From positions 546,409 through 578,408 of the forward strand of contig NZ_JAQOUE010000002.1 in assembly GCF_032191465.1 (NCBI RefSeq): a stretch of 32,000 nt of DNA, read 5' to 3'. Shown piece after piece: positions 17,593-26,635 of the stretch. The position numbers were made by a program, and so were the translations under genes. The notes beneath the pieces are model-generated. The model was not told where the DNA came from. It saw nothing but the letters and a program-made list of their open reading frames with translations, and ran no database searches. This DNA is from Candidatus Nitronereus thalassa. Lineage in GTDB: Bacteria; Nitrospirota; Nitrospiria; Nitrospirales; UBA8639. The number at the start of each line of letters is the position of its first letter. Within the stretch, counting starts at the first letter, position 1.

Positions 17593-18969
17593 ATGACGCA
17601 TGACGTCTTAATCATCGGTGGAGGATCGGCGGGTTACGCCGCCGCTCGAACCGCTCGCGACGAAGGTGCGAATGTCGGTATTATCGACCATGGCCCGTTA
17701 GGCGGTCTGTGTATTCTCCGTGGATGCATGCCCACCAAGACCATCCTCCGGTCATCCGACATTATAGCGCTCATCAAGCGAGCCAACGAATTCGGCCTTT
17801 CTTCCGTTTCCCCAAAAGCCAATCTCTCCGCCATCATCGATCGTAAAGCCCGGCTCATCGGTGAATTTGCCGATGACCGCATTCAGGCATTGAAGGATTC
17901 ACGTTTTACCCTGTACGAAGAGCGGGCAAGGTTTGTCTCACCCCATGAGGTTCAGGTGGGAACCCAGACCCTGACCGCGAAAGCCTTTATCATTTCAACT
18001 GGTTCGGTTGTCTCGCGCATTCCCCTACCAGGCCTTGAAGAAGTTGGCTACATCACGAGTGATGAGGCATTGGAATTACGTGATTTACCAGAATCCATGA
18101 TCGTGCTGGGCGGGGGGGCGGTCGCCGTGGAACTGGCCCAATTCTTTTCACGCATTGGCACCAAGGTCACGCTCATTCAACGCAGCCGGCACATTATGTC
18201 CGAGGGCGATGAAGACTTGGCACGACCGGTCGAGGCTCGATTCCGCGAGGAAGGCATGACCGTCTATACCAATACCCAACTTCATCGGTTTACCAAGAAT
18301 GGCACACAGAAAGTCGCGCACTTTACCCATGACGGACAAGAAAAAACCGTCATGGCAGAGATTATCCTCCAAGCGCTTGGCCGACGACCGAATATCGATG
18401 GATTACATCTTGAAGCGGCCGGGATCAAAACAGAAAAGGGTAGGGTCGTGGTGGATAGGACCATGCGTACCAATCACCCCCACATCTTTGCCGTCGGCGA
18501 TGTGAATGGCCTACACGAGATTGTACACATTGCGATTGAACAAGGAGAAATCGCTGGATGGAATGCGATGCATGCCAATGATTCTCCACGCCGCTATGAC
18601 GATCGACTCAAAACACAGGTCGTTTTTACCGACCCACAAGTCGCCAGCGTGGGATTGAGCGAAAGAGAATGTAGGAGAGAGAATATTTCCTACATGACGG
18701 CATCCTATCCGTTTAACGATCACGGGAAATCCATGACGCTGGGTGAGACCCATGGGCATGTGAAGCTCCTGGCCGATCCTCTCACTGGAACCCTCCTTGG
18801 AGCACACATTGTTGGGCCAGAAGCGGCGGAGTTAATTCATGAACTCATTGCCGTGATGTATTTCTACGGCACGGTTCATGATCTGATGCGTATTCCCCAT
18901 TATCATCCCACCTTGGCCGAAATCATCACCTATCCCGCAGAGGAACTATTGGGACGCATCCCTAAATAA
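17593..18969 (+). CDS. Pyridine nucleotide-disulfide oxidoreductase (dihydrolipoyl dehydrogenase / mercuric-reductase-like)
   Basis: DVLIIGGGSAGYAAARTA, redox motif GGLCILRGCMPTKTILRS, HIFAVGDVNG, DPQVASVGLSE, HYHPTLAEI. Confidence 0.93.
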   Translation: MTHDVLIIGGGSAGYAAARTARDEGANVGIIDHGPLGGLCILRGCMPTKTILRSSDIIALIKRANEFGLSSVSPKANLSAIIDRKARLIGEFADDRIQALKDSRFTLYEERARFVSPHEVQVGTQTLTAKAFIISTGSVVSRIPLPGLEEVGYITSDEALELRDLPESMIVLGGGAVAVELAQFFSRIGTKVTLIQRSRHIMSEGDEDLARPVEARFREEGMTVYTNTQLHRFTKNGTQKVAHFTHDGQEKTVMAEIILQALGRRPNIDGLHLEAAGIKTEKGRVVVDRTMRTNHPHIFAVGDVNGLHEIVHIAIEQGEIAGWNAMHANDSPRRYDDRLKTQVVFTDPQVASVGLSERECRRENISYMTASYPFNDHGKSMTLGETHGHVKLLADPLTGTLLGAHIVGPEAAELIHELIAVMYFYGTVHDLMRIPHYHPTLAEIITYPAEELLGRIPK

Positions 18970-18980
18970 CAGCATCCCAT

Positions 18981-19802
18981 TTATTTCTCTTTGAAATCAT
19001 CAGCTCCACACCATGGACAGATGCCTTCTGTTTGGGCCCGCGATGGTGGAGTTGAAGTGACCTCTACCCCAACAGGAGCCTCGCCTTGAATGAGTCGCAC
19101 CCACCAAGCGGATCGATTCCGAAGAATCAACTTCGGCAAGAAAAGAAAAAGTCCGGCCAACAGCACACCAGAAACAATCACCGGCCATTGTAACGTAGGC
19201 ACACTTCCTCCCAAATAGGTCAACGCAAACGTCGGGGGAATCATTCCAAAAAGCGTAGCGATGGCAAAGGCTTTCAAGGACATCTTGGTCAGACCCGCAC
19301 CGTAGCTGATAATGTCGAAAGAAAATATGGGCAGGAGACGGGCTAAGAAGACGAGACCCAGGAGATGATGATCAGAGCACTTTTCACAAAAAGTGACGTT
19401 GGTTTTGAATAAACGGCCCAACACTTCGCGGCCCAATCCTCGTCCAATGAGAAAACTGAGAATGGCGCCGATCTCCGCTCCCGTCACGGCATACACCATA
19501 CCCCAAAAAGGTCCAAACGTGATTCCTGCTGCAATGTCCAATGGCAGGCTAGGTATTGGGCTCACGACCACTGCCAATACCATGAGCCCGATGAATACCA
19601 CAGGAGCCCAGCTCCCCAGGGATGCCAATTGACTCACGATGAAATCTGGTTCGGTCAGGACATCGACATCCAAAAACTCAACGATCCCATAGGCACCAAA
19701 AACTAAGAGGAGCAAAATTATCAGTTTCACCACATGAGCAGTTTTCATTAAGTCATTCCTTAATCCAAAAGCATTCAACTCCCATACATAATCATAGACC
19801 AC
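18981..19802 (-). CDS. TVP38/TMEM64 family membrane protein with C-terminal CPWC knuckle
   Basis: PLPSLPLDIAAGITFGPFWGMVYAVTGAEIGAILSFLIGRGLGRE...RLLPIFSFDIISYGAGLTKM; C-terminus GICPWCGADDFKEK. Preferred start may be 19748 (MKTAHVVKLI). Confidence 0.88.
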   Translation of the reverse strand: MVYDYVWELNAFGLRNDLMKTAHVVKLIILLLLVFGAYGIVEFLDVDVLTEPDFIVSQLASLGSWAPVVFIGLMVLAVVVSPIPSLPLDIAAGITFGPFWGMVYAVTGAEIGAILSFLIGRGLGREVLGRLFKTNVTFCEKCSDHHLLGLVFLARLLPIFSFDIISYGAGLTKMSLKAFAIATLFGMIPPTFALTYLGGSVPTLQWPVIVSGVLLAGLFLFLPKLILRNRSAWWVRLIQGEAPVGVEVTSTPPSRAQTEGICPWCGADDFKEK

Positions 19803-19987
19803 TGTGACCCAGCTTTTGTGATGAGCCTTGCGTCCTCGAAGCGGAAAGCCTACGCTTTTTTACTTTGTTTTGTCATAATCATGAACGTTCACGGCAAGGC
19901 GAAAACCTGTAACAACTCCCCCGATGACAAGACTGTAGGAACAATGGCCGACATTCCCCACTCGTCACCGTCATTTCTTACCAATAA

Positions 19988-20749
19988 TTGTTACGAGGTT
20001 TACCCATGTCGCCATCAACTACGGAGACAATCATGACGACCTCCTCGCTACCCAATACCGCTCCCAATCCCTTTGGGAAAATCGTCCTCCTGAGCGTTCT
20101 TGGGCTGGGCATTGGAGCTTTTTTCTATTTTGACCTGGGACAATTTTTCTCTCTTGAGGCCTTAAAGAGCAATCGGGACAGACTTCTGGCCTATACCGAA
20201 GCCAATTTTGGCATGGCCATGGCCTTATTCATTCTGATTTATATTGTTCAAACAGGCTTTTCGTTGCCAGGTGGCGCGATCATGACTTTGGCCGGGGGGT
20301 TCCTCTTTGGAAGTTTTCTAGGAACAGTGTTGGTGAATGTCGGGGCCACCACAGGAGCTACGCTGGGATTTTTATCCGCCCGTTACTTGTTACGCGATTG
20401 GGTAGAAAAGAAATTTGGCGACCGCCTAGAATCTATTCAAGCAGGATTTGCCAAAAATGCTTTTAGTTACCTCATGACCTTGCGGCTCATTCCTGCGTTT
20501 CCCTTTTTTCTTGTCAACTTGGTATCCGGGTTAACCCGGATCAACATCGGAACTTATATCACCGCAACATCCCTGGGAATCATTCCAGGTAGTTTCGTCT
20601 TTGCGTTTGCCGGCAGGCAGCTGGGTACCATAAATTCATTGGGAGAGATTGCGTCTCCTCCCGTCCTTCTGGCGTTTACACTGCTTGGCGTCTTAGCTTT
20701 GATGCCCATCATTTATCGGAAATTCAATCAAACTAAAAATCCCCAATGA
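19988..20749 (+). CDS. TVP38/TMEM64 family membrane protein
   Basis: SLPGGAIMTLAGGFLFGSFLGTVLVNVGATTGATLGFLSARYLLRDWVEKKFG...LRLIPAFPFFLVNLVSGLTRINIGTYITATSLGIIPGSFVFAFAGRQLG. Exact start uncertain (20006 or 20033 also possible). Confidence 0.9.
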   Translation: MLRGLPMSPSTTETIMTTSSLPNTAPNPFGKIVLLSVLGLGIGAFFYFDLGQFFSLEALKSNRDRLLAYTEANFGMAMALFILIYIVQTGFSLPGGAIMTLAGGFLFGSFLGTVLVNVGATTGATLGFLSARYLLRDWVEKKFGDRLESIQAGFAKNAFSYLMTLRLIPAFPFFLVNLVSGLTRINIGTYITATSLGIIPGSFVFAFAGRQLGTINSLGEIASPPVLLAFTLLGVLALMPIIYRKFNQTKNPQ

Positions 20750-20832
20750 AGACAACCATTTCCAGAATAGTAACGACACACCAACAAGCCATGGTGTAAA
20801 GCGCAGTAAGGTCCTTTCAGGAAGGATGACTC

Positions 20833-22386
20833 ATGCAAACAGGTACCCAAAGAAACGACTTAGTCGAAATACCCCCCATGGATGAGTTCAACCATGCCTT
20901 AATCAACAATGTGCATCCGCCAACCTGGTTCAATCCTGAGCCCACTGGACGATACAACTTGGTCGTCATTGGGGCGGGTACTGCGGGACTCGTGACTGCA
21001 GCGGTAGCAGCGGCAGTGGGAGCAAAAGTGGCGTTGATTGAACGCCACTTGATGGGTGGCGATTGTCTCAACGTCGGATGCGTGCCTTCAAAAGGTGTGA
21101 TTCGAGCCTCCCGTGTGTGGGCGGAAATACACCATGCCGCAGAGTTCGGTCTGCATATTCCACAGGGAGTCAAGCGGGATTTCGGCACAGCCATGGCTCG
21201 AATGCGTAAATTGCGTGCCAAGATCAGTCATGTCGATTCTGCTCATCGCTACAAGGGGCTGGGCGTCGATGTGTTTATCGGGGAAGGTCGGTTTGCCGGA
21301 CCGGGAACCGTGGAAGTCGCCGGTAAAACCCTCGAATATGCCAAGGCAGTAATTTGCACGGGAGCTCGCGCAGCCGCGCCACCAATACCCGGCCTTGAAG
21401 AGGCCGGGTATCTCACCAATGAAACGATCTTTTCGCTCACGGAACTTCCCCCAAGACTTGCCGTTATTGGCGCCGGCCCCATCGGCTGCGAGATGGCCCA
21501 ATCCTTCACTCGTTTTGGGAGCCAAGTGTGCTTATTCGAACGAACCAATCATATCCTTCCGCGTGAAGATGCCGATGCCGCCGAGATCGTGCAAAAACAA
21601 ATGTCCAAGGAGGGGCAATGTTTCGTATTTAATTCAAACATCACAAATATAGAAACGCGCGGACAAGAGAAGATCGTACACTTCGAACAAGATGGAGAAA
21701 ACAAGGAACGTGTGTTTGATGAAATTCTTGTCGGCATCGGACGAGCGCCGAATGTCGAGAACCTCGGCCTGGACACCGTGGGTGTCGAGTTCGACAAACA
21801 ATCCGGCGTCAAAGTAAATTCCAAGCTCCAAACATCCAATCCAAAAATCTACGCAGCAGGCGACATCTGTTTTCCCTTTAAGTTTACCCACGCAGCGGAT
21901 GCTATGGCGCAAATTGTGATCCAAAATGCCTTATTCCCCCACCCCTTTGGATTGGGCTATGCGAGCACGGACTCCCTCATCATCCCCTGGGCCACTTATA
22001 CCGACCCCGAGATTGCCCATGTGGGACTCTATGAGCAGGAGGCAAAAGAAAAGGGCCTGGAGGTGGACACTTTCACATTTAAACTGGATGAAGTCGATCG
22101 TGCGATCTTAGATGGGGAAGATGAAGGATTTGCACGAGTCCATATCAAGAAAGGAACAGATACGATTCTCGGCGCCACCATTGTCGCAGCCCATGCGGGC
22201 GATATGATAAGCGAGATTACTTTGGCCATGAAGGGTGGATTAGGCCTAAGCACAATTACCGGCACGATCCACCCGTATCCCACGCAGGCTGAGGTGATAA
22301 AAAAAGTGGCGAATGCTTGGCGAAAAACCACGTTCACCGAAGGCAAGAAAAAATTCCTGACGAAACTCTTTGCCCGCATGCGATAA
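20833..22386 (+). CDS. FAD-dependent oxidoreductase, mercuric-reductase-like, without vicinal C-terminal cysteines
   Basis: YNLVVIGAGTAGLVTAAVAAAVGAKVALIERHLMGGDCLNVGCVPSKGVIRASR; KIYAAGDICFPFKFTHAADAMA; TIHPYPTQAEVIKKVANAWRK; C-terminus KKKFLTKLFARMR. Confidence 0.93.
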   Translation: MQTGTQRNDLVEIPPMDEFNHALINNVHPPTWFNPEPTGRYNLVVIGAGTAGLVTAAVAAAVGAKVALIERHLMGGDCLNVGCVPSKGVIRASRVWAEIHHAAEFGLHIPQGVKRDFGTAMARMRKLRAKISHVDSAHRYKGLGVDVFIGEGRFAGPGTVEVAGKTLEYAKAVICTGARAAAPPIPGLEEAGYLTNETIFSLTELPPRLAVIGAGPIGCEMAQSFTRFGSQVCLFERTNHILPREDADAAEIVQKQMSKEGQCFVFNSNITNIETRGQEKIVHFEQDGENKERVFDEILVGIGRAPNVENLGLDTVGVEFDKQSGVKVNSKLQTSNPKIYAAGDICFPFKFTHAADAMAQIVIQNALFPHPFGLGYASTDSLIIPWATYTDPEIAHVGLYEQEAKEKGLEVDTFTFKLDEVDRAILDGEDEGFARVHIKKGTDTILGATIVAAHAGDMISEITLAMKGGLGLSTITGTIHPYPTQAEVIKKVANAWRKTTFTEGKKKFLTKLFARMR

Positions 22387-22419
22387 CCCCCAATGCCCTA
22401 TGGCAAAAAGGCCTAAACC

Positions 22420-23193
22420 ATGTCTGACCTCCATCGCTATAGCCCTCAACCTCTCAGCATTTTTGGCTTTTTCCTCTGTCTCATTAGTACCTTGTGGCTG
22501 CCTAGTGCCATAGCTGAAGAAAAATTAGAAATAGGATTATTTTCATCTGCCGAGCCGGAAGGATCTTTTCCTCAAGGATGGGAACCCCTCACCTTTGAAA
22601 AAATTCCTCAACACACCGCCTACGAGTTAGTCAAAGATGGTGGCACCGTCGTGGTCAAAGCCACCAGCAAGCAGTCATCATCTGGGCTCACTCGAAAGAT
22701 GAAGATTGATCCTAAACAATTTCCCATCGTTCAATGGCGGTGGAAAATAGAAAACATTATTCAAGGTAGTGATGTCACTAAAAAAGAAGGCGACGATTAC
22801 CCTGCCAGAATTTACATTACCTTTGAATACGATAGCAGCAAGGTGGGATTTTTCGAAAAGGCCAAATTCGAACTGATTCGCCTTGCCTATGGCCAATATC
22901 CCCCAACCGGGGCCATCAATTATATCTGGGAAAGTAAGGCTCCGATTGGTGCTGTAGTGCCCAACCCTTATACGGATTACGTTCAAATGATCGTGACGCA
23001 AAGCGGAAGCCAACGCGTCGGCGAATGGGTCATGGAGGAACACAATGTGTACGAAGACTACAAGAAAGCTTTTGGGGAGGAACCGACACATATTTCCGGT
23101 GTGGCCATCATGACAGACACCGACAACACCAAAGAATCCGCCATCGCATATTTTGGAGATATTCTTTTCAAACAATCGGCCACATCAGAATAA
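22420..23193 (+). CDS. DUF3047 domain-containing exported protein
   Basis: Signal peptide; LVKDGGTVVVKATSKQSSSGLTRKMKIDPKQFPIVQWRWKIENI...EGDDYPARIYITFEYD...YIWESKAPIGAVVPNPYTDYVQMIV. Confidence 0.86.
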   Translation: MSDLHRYSPQPLSIFGFFLCLISTLWLPSAIAEEKLEIGLFSSAEPEGSFPQGWEPLTFEKIPQHTAYELVKDGGTVVVKATSKQSSSGLTRKMKIDPKQFPIVQWRWKIENIIQGSDVTKKEGDDYPARIYITFEYDSSKVGFFEKAKFELIRLAYGQYPPTGAINYIWESKAPIGAVVPNPYTDYVQMIVTQSGSQRVGEWVMEEHNVYEDYKKAFGEEPTHISGVAIMTDTDNTKESAIAYFGDILFKQSATSE

Positions 23194-23296
23194 ACCGTCG
23201 CCTGCTGGAATTTGTAAGGTTCTTCACAGAAATATTTTTATGAAGGGCGTAACATATAATCCTTTTTATTGACATACCAGGAACACTAGGAGCCCA

Positions 23297-23314
23297 ACCC
23301 CAAAGCTGTGGGGT
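23297..23314. promoter_or_regulatory. Small perfect hairpin in the leader of the first Cys-rich gene
   Basis: ACCCCA(23297-23302)-AAGCTG-TGGGGT(23309-23314), 64 nt upstream of ATG 23378. Confidence 0.35.
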
Positions 23315-23377
23315 ATTATCACCCTAACCACATCGCTCATTTTGAGGGACCTATCATTCCACAAGGAGGAGTTCATC

Positions 23378-23659
23378 ATGATATCCACAAAATCTATTCT
23401 TGTGAGCACTGCGCTCTCCAGTCTGTTGCTTGCCTCAACCGCCCATGCAGGGCCTGGCCACGAAGGGGGGCATGGCGATTCTGCCGCAGGCCAATGTCAT
23501 GGCGTGAACGCATGCAAGGGACATGGTGCCTGTAAAGGGGCCGGTCATTCCTGTGAAGGGAAAAACTCTTGCGAAGGGAAAGGCTGGCTAAAGATGTCCA
23601 AGGAAATGTGTGAAAAATTGAAAGACGGGAAGTGGACTCCCATGCCCCAAAAGAGCTAA
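23378..23659 (+). CDS. Small Cys-rich exported protein, BufA2/bufferin-like precursor
   Basis: Signal peptide MISTKSILVSTALSSLLLASTAHA, then GQCHGVNACKGHGACKGAGHSCEGKNSCEGKGWLKMSKEMCEKLKDGKWTPMP; RBS AAGGAGG upstream. Confidence 0.8.
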   Translation: MISTKSILVSTALSSLLLASTAHAGPGHEGGHGDSAAGQCHGVNACKGHGACKGAGHSCEGKNSCEGKGWLKMSKEMCEKLKDGKWTPMPQKS

Positions 23660-23713
23660 TTCTGGAGCAGGGTTAGCATCGAAAAATATTTGTTGATCAG
23701 GAGGTGACCGACT

Positions 23714-24016
23714 ATGAATTCAAAACATCGTTTACTGACCAGCGCTGCACTCACGGGTCTCTTACTTGCCGCTGGATGTGCCCATCATGATAGCCATGGA
23801 GTCTATGGCAAAGGGGGCTCCCATGCCGCCCTGGGACAATGCCACGGCGTCAATGCCTGTAAAGGCAAGGGAGACTGTGCGTCCGCCACACACGATTGCT
23901 CCGGTGAAAACTCTTGTGAAGGTAAGGGCTGGATCAAAATGTCAAAAGCTATGTGTGGCGATATTAAAGGCAGCACCTGGAAGGCGATGCCAGAGAATAT
24001 GAAACACAAAGGCTAA
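23714..24016 (+). CDS. Small Cys-rich exported lipoprotein-like protein, BufA2/bufferin-like precursor (paralogue)
   Basis: MNSKHRLLTSAALTGLLLAAGCAHH, then GQCHGVNACKGKGDCASATHDCSGENSCEGKGWIKMSKAMCGDIKGSTWKAMP; RBS AGGAGG upstream. Confidence 0.82.
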   Translation: MNSKHRLLTSAALTGLLLAAGCAHHDSHGVYGKGGSHAALGQCHGVNACKGKGDCASATHDCSGENSCEGKGWIKMSKAMCGDIKGSTWKAMPENMKHKG

Positions 24017-24035
24017 CCCTTTCCAAAATGGCAAC

Positions 24036-24075
24036 AAAAAGGCTGTGCATCATCCCGAGACGCACAGCCTTTTTT
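24036..24075 (+). terminator. Intrinsic, probably bidirectional, terminator between convergent genes
   Basis: AAAAA-GGCTGTGC(24041-24048)...GCACAGCC(24062-24069)-TTTTTT. Confidence 0.88.
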
Positions 24076-24097
24076 GTTTATCCAACAAGAGGTTTTG

Positions 24098-24676
24098 CTA
24101 AAAATAATTCGGAGATCCCCCTGCCTTCCATTTAATATTACATCCGGCACTAGGCTTTTGATCCTGAGAGACGAGTTGTTTGGCCAACACCGCATCCATC
24201 GCAGCTCGCAAGTCTTTTCCCGTGACCGGCTTGCCATTGCCAGGACGGCTGTCATCTAACTGTCCACGATAGACCAACTGTTGATTGTCATCAAAAAGAA
24301 AAAAATCTGGCGTACAAGCTGCGGTAAATAACTTGGCAACCTCCTGTCCTTCATCATAGCAGTAGGGGAAGGAAAACCCGTTCTCCTGCGCCATCGCTTT
24401 TAATTGCTCTGGACGATCATCAGGATAATTTTCTATATCATTGCTACTGATGGCAATCATTGTAATCCCTTTTTCCCCATATTCCTTTCCCAACCGAGCA
24501 ATCTCTTCTTGCACATGGATGACATAGGGACAATGCCGACAGATAAACATCACTAGGGTGCCAGGATATCCAGCAAGTTGAGTTGAGGATATTTGTTTTC
24601 CCGTCACCACATCCGGCAACTCAAAATGGGGGAGGGAAGTTCCTAGTGGCAACATTGTGGATTTGGTCAAAGCCAT
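24098..24676 (-). CDS. Thioredoxin-fold (AhpC/TSA-type redoxin) protein
   Basis: LPHFELPDVVTGKQISSTQLAGYPGTLVMFICRHCPYVIHVQEEIARLGKEYGEKGITMIAISSND...CTPDFFLFDDNQQLVYRGQLDDSRP. Confidence 0.92.
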   Translation of the reverse strand: MALTKSTMLPLGTSLPHFELPDVVTGKQISSTQLAGYPGTLVMFICRHCPYVIHVQEEIARLGKEYGEKGITMIAISSNDIENYPDDRPEQLKAMAQENGFSFPYCYDEGQEVAKLFTAACTPDFFLFDDNQQLVYRGQLDDSRPGNGKPVTGKDLRAAMDAVLAKQLVSQDQKPSAGCNIKWKAGGSPNYF

Positions 24677-24786
24677 CGCGAATGATTCCTTCTAATTACA
24701 AAAAGATTGGAAACAGGGAAGAGCGAGAGTGAAGGCAGCCCCAGCTATCACTTCCAAGGAAATCGGGCTGCCAATCGCTACAATGG

Positions 24787-25068
24787 TTACTCCTTTTTCC
24801 ATGTCCGAAATCGTTTAAGCAATTCTTCTCGAATATCGTCAGGTATGGGTTCCGCAGGAAGCTGCCCAAGCGTGCGAATCGTTGTCTTCATTTGAGACAA
24901 ATACGCGCGGCAACCTCGGCAAAAACCCAAATGGATTTGGAAACGAAGTCGTTCTGAAAAGGACAAACTTCCCTCCAGGAAATCCGTCATTAAATTCACC
25001 AAATCCTGGCAGGAAAAATTTCCCGCCATATAATGCATGATTTGACCTTTCAGTTCGTTCGACATCAA
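24787..25068 (-). CDS. Zinc-finger (zf-HC2) anti-sigma factor
   Basis: CQDLVNLMTDFLEGSLSFSERLRFQIHLGFCRGCRAYLSQMKTT; H-x3-C-x2-C; overlaps the sigma gene stop by 4 bp. Confidence 0.87.
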   Translation of the reverse strand: MMSNELKGQIMHYMAGNFSCQDLVNLMTDFLEGSLSFSERLRFQIHLGFCRGCRAYLSQMKTTIRTLGQLPAEPIPDDIREELLKRFRTWKKE

Positions 25069-25754
25069 TGGGTTGCTTTCTTTTCAATTAGTTGCTGTTC
25101 GATGAATTTCCGCACTTTGGCCCTGGCTCGATGGAGCAAAACCCGTTGATTGGTCTCCGTAATCTCCAAAATATTACAGACATCTTTTGCATCCAGTTCT
25201 TCGATATCCCGCAAAGTCATTACATGGCGCTGAACCGGCGGCAGGGCATTAATGGCTTGTTGGATAAGCACACGGCTTTCTTTTGAAAGTAAGAGCCTTT
25301 CAGGGGTTTCCTCATCCCACATACTGGGCAGAGTTGACCAATGACCGGCTAAGGCACCGGATTGAATAAATCGGTCTGGTTCTCTCCATCCTTCATCATC
25401 ACCCTCTCCCTGTCCATCGCCTGAATCCAGAGACTCATACCGCCGCTCCCGCTGGCCGCGAGTTTTGGCCCTATTCGTCAAAATCCGAAACATCCACGTT
25501 TTCAACGATGACCGGCCTTCAAACCGTGGGAGACTCTCTAAGACGCCCTGCCAAGTTTCTTGCACCACTTCCTCAGCCACAGCTCGAGAAGGCACATAGG
25601 CCATGGCTAAGCGTAACAACGCCCCATAGTATGTCTCAATCAAAAACCCAAAGGCTGATTCATTCCCTTGTCGTAATGCTTCCACGAGCACCTGCTCCTC
25701 CTTCCATTTTCCGGAAGGGGAGCCCGACGATTGTTGAGTATCCTCTTCCTGCAT
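25065..25754 (-). CDS. ECF-family RNA polymerase sigma factor
   Basis: Region 2 RLAMAYVPSRAVAEEVVQETWQGVLESLPRFEGRSSLKTWMFRILTNRAKTRGQRE; region 4 LPPVQRHVMTLRDIEELDAKDVCNILEITETNQRVLLHRARAKVR. Confidence 0.93.
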   Translation of the reverse strand: MQEEDTQQSSGSPSGKWKEEQVLVEALRQGNESAFGFLIETYYGALLRLAMAYVPSRAVAEEVVQETWQGVLESLPRFEGRSSLKTWMFRILTNRAKTRGQRERRYESLDSGDGQGEGDDEGWREPDRFIQSGALAGHWSTLPSMWDEETPERLLLSKESRVLIQQAINALPPVQRHVMTLRDIEELDAKDVCNILEITETNQRVLLHRARAKVRKFIEQQLIEKKATH

Positions 25755-26005
25755 AATGCCTTCCCGATTTTCTCATCCATCGGCACACGTGGGGGATACC
25801 GGCACGCATTCAAGCAAAGGAACCGAGTCTGCTATGAGCCGGAAGCATTATGGCTAGGGAGGGGTGATGAATCAAGACCAAGCGGATTGGAGTAAGCCCC
25901 CATCAGCTTTCTTGATATCAGAAAAAAATAAACAGACGGAGAAGGGAAAGCTTGAATACAACTCGGCAAAATGGGGTGGGCAAGGCAAGCCGAAATGACT
26001 AGCAA

Positions 26006-26635
26006 TCAAGAAAATTTCAATATCTGTGCCATGATTCCAGTCCTCGTGGAAGACTGCGTCTTTTTGAGAATATGTTTAATATGTTCTTTCACAGTATGCT
26101 CACTAATATTCAATGAATCGGCGATTTCCCTGTTCGTCCGCCCATCCGCAAGTTGAATCACAATATCGTGTTCACGATCAGTGAGATTGAAGTGTTTTTT
26201 GGCTTCATCAGTAGGGACTTGGGTCCGCCGGCCAAGTTTTTCTAAGAGAATTAAAAACCGAGGTTCATGTTCATCCTGGCCAGGGATCAAAAACCCCCGA
26301 AGCAAAATGGGATGAGAGGCCTCACCAATCACTCGACGCAACTGTATTTCTTCGTCCTCCTTTGAATCACCCCCAGGTTGAATTTCCTGCTGCAGGGCAT
26401 GACACAAGTCTTGAATATCTTTTGGAATGCCCCCATTTCCTGTCGATTCATGACCAGAGTTCCCCTGCTCTTGTAACACACGATGGCATATGTCCTCTGC
26501 CTCGGAATTCATAAACAACAGACACATGGACCCTGTTAACGTCAGCACCCCAGGGACCGCACGTTTTTCCACAATTTTTTCGAGGAAAACCTCGGTATTT
26601 ACACTGGCTTGTTGCTTGGATACTTTATGAGTCAT
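26006..26635 (-). CDS. LuxR/NarL-type HTH transcriptional regulator with PAS-like N-terminus
   Basis: C-terminus FNLTDREHDIVIQLADGRTNREIADSLNISEHTVKEHIKHILKKTQSSTRTGIMAQIL. Confidence 0.88.
   Translation of the reverse strand: MTHKVSKQQASVNTEVFLEKIVEKRAVPGVLTLTGSMCLLFMNSEAEDICHRVLQEQGNSGHESTGNGGIPKDIQDLCHALQQEIQPGGDSKEDEEIQLRRVIGEASHPILLRGFLIPGQDEHEPRFLILLEKLGRRTQVPTDEAKKHFNLTDREHDIVIQLADGRTNREIADSLNISEHTVKEHIKHILKKTQSSTRTGIMAQILKFS

Noticed and set aside
17593-22386. Mercury-resistance (mer) operon
   Set aside because: The reductases lack the MerA C-terminal Cys pair and heavy-metal-binding domain, and there is no MerR, MerT or MerP in the window.
23378-24016. CRISPR-like or tandem DNA repeat because of recurring CxGxNxCxGKG codons
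   Set aside because: The repetition is protein-level Cys-motif periodicity in two paralogous coding genes, with no spacers.
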